A stretch of DNA of 63,667 bases, counting the filler, from Octopus bimaculoides (lineage: Eukaryota): the NCBI RefSeq assembly GCF_001194135.2. It is 9 parts of 7 records of this genome, joined end to end, with 100 filler letters (N's around TTAATTAATTAA, not from the genome) between each part and the next. Parts side by side here need not be neighbours in the genome. Positions count along the whole stretch, not along the records: positions 62,603 to 63,667 come from NC_068991.1; 8 more parts are not named here. One strand, 5' to 3'. The notes below the pieces were generated by a model that was not told the DNA's origin, did not search any database, and saw only the letters and a program-made list of their open reading frames with translations. The position numbers and the translations under genes are program-made. Of this stretch, positions 63,065-63,667 are shown piece by piece (positions within the stretch are counted from its first letter, which is position 1; every line of letters starts with the position of its first letter).

Positions 63065-63510
63065 AAAATATAGAATAAAATAATAATGGTTTCAAATTTT
63101 GACAGAATGCCAGCAATTAGTTTGGAGAGGGGCAAGGTAATTTCATCCACTGCAGTGCTCGACTGGTACTTTATCGATCCCGAAAAGATGGATTGCAAAT
63201 TAACCTCGGCGTAATTTGAACTCAGAACGTAAAGTCACACGAGACTCCACTAAGCATTTTGCACAGCGCGTTAACTATTCAGCAGGTTCGCCGGCTTAAT
63301 AATATTCCTTTCTACTATAGGCTGAAGGCCTGCAATTTCTGGGATAGTCGGTTACATCGATTCAGTACGAGACTGGTACTTAATTTATGAACCCCGAAAT
63401 GATAAAAAGCAAAGGAAACTTCGACGGAATTTGAACTAAAAACTTAAAGACGAACGAAATGCCGCTAAGCCTTTAACCCGGCGTACTAACGATGCTACCA
63501 GCCACGGTCT
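63065..63510 (-). mobile_element. Two tandem SINE family B copies
   Basis: Units at about 63065-63295 and 63300-63510, each with ACTGGTACTT...CCCGAAA.GAT...ATTTGAACT. Confidence 0.78.
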
Positions 63511-63519
63511 TAAGAACAA

Positions 63520-63520
63520 C

Positions 63521-63555
<35 letters not shown>

Positions 63556-63583
63556 TAATAATAATAATAATAATAATAATAAT

Positions 63584-63618
<35 letters not shown>

Positions 63619-63635
63619 TAATAATAATAATAATG

Positions 63636-63667
<32 letters not shown>
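63520..63667. repeat. (TAA)n microsatellite
   Basis: Directly visible, runs to the end of the window. Confidence 0.95.

Overview
AT-rich, gap-riddled eukaryotic intergenic/intronic DNA. The repeat inventory and microsatellite load resemble an octopus genome; this is inferred from remembered repeat families, not a database hit. No host protein-coding gene can be supported with confidence, and most of the supplied ORFs are microsatellite or N-gap artefacts. The window contains: several tRNA-derived SINE families (about 20 copies); R4/Dong-, CRE-, RTE- and CR1-type LINE remnants; one near full-length IR-DR Tc1 element; mariner fossils and MITEs; a piggyBac-type MITE; and two Penelope-like GIY-YIG remnants. 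The most interesting signal is a dispersed set of at least 8 minimal type-I hammerhead-ribozyme motifs (CUGANGA...GAAA-palindrome-UH) in short Penelope-like terminal repeats. These include a family with a shared non-canonical CUGUNGA core, and two small ORF-less elements made of inverted, outward-facing hammerhead arms. Other points of note: a three-level nested insertion (old Dong > Penelope mini-element carrying a (TAA)n array > young Dong); a perfect Sox-Oct composite motif plus a CTCF-like site in a TE-poor block; and a 12-bp coding-like minisatellite that could be an exon on either strand.
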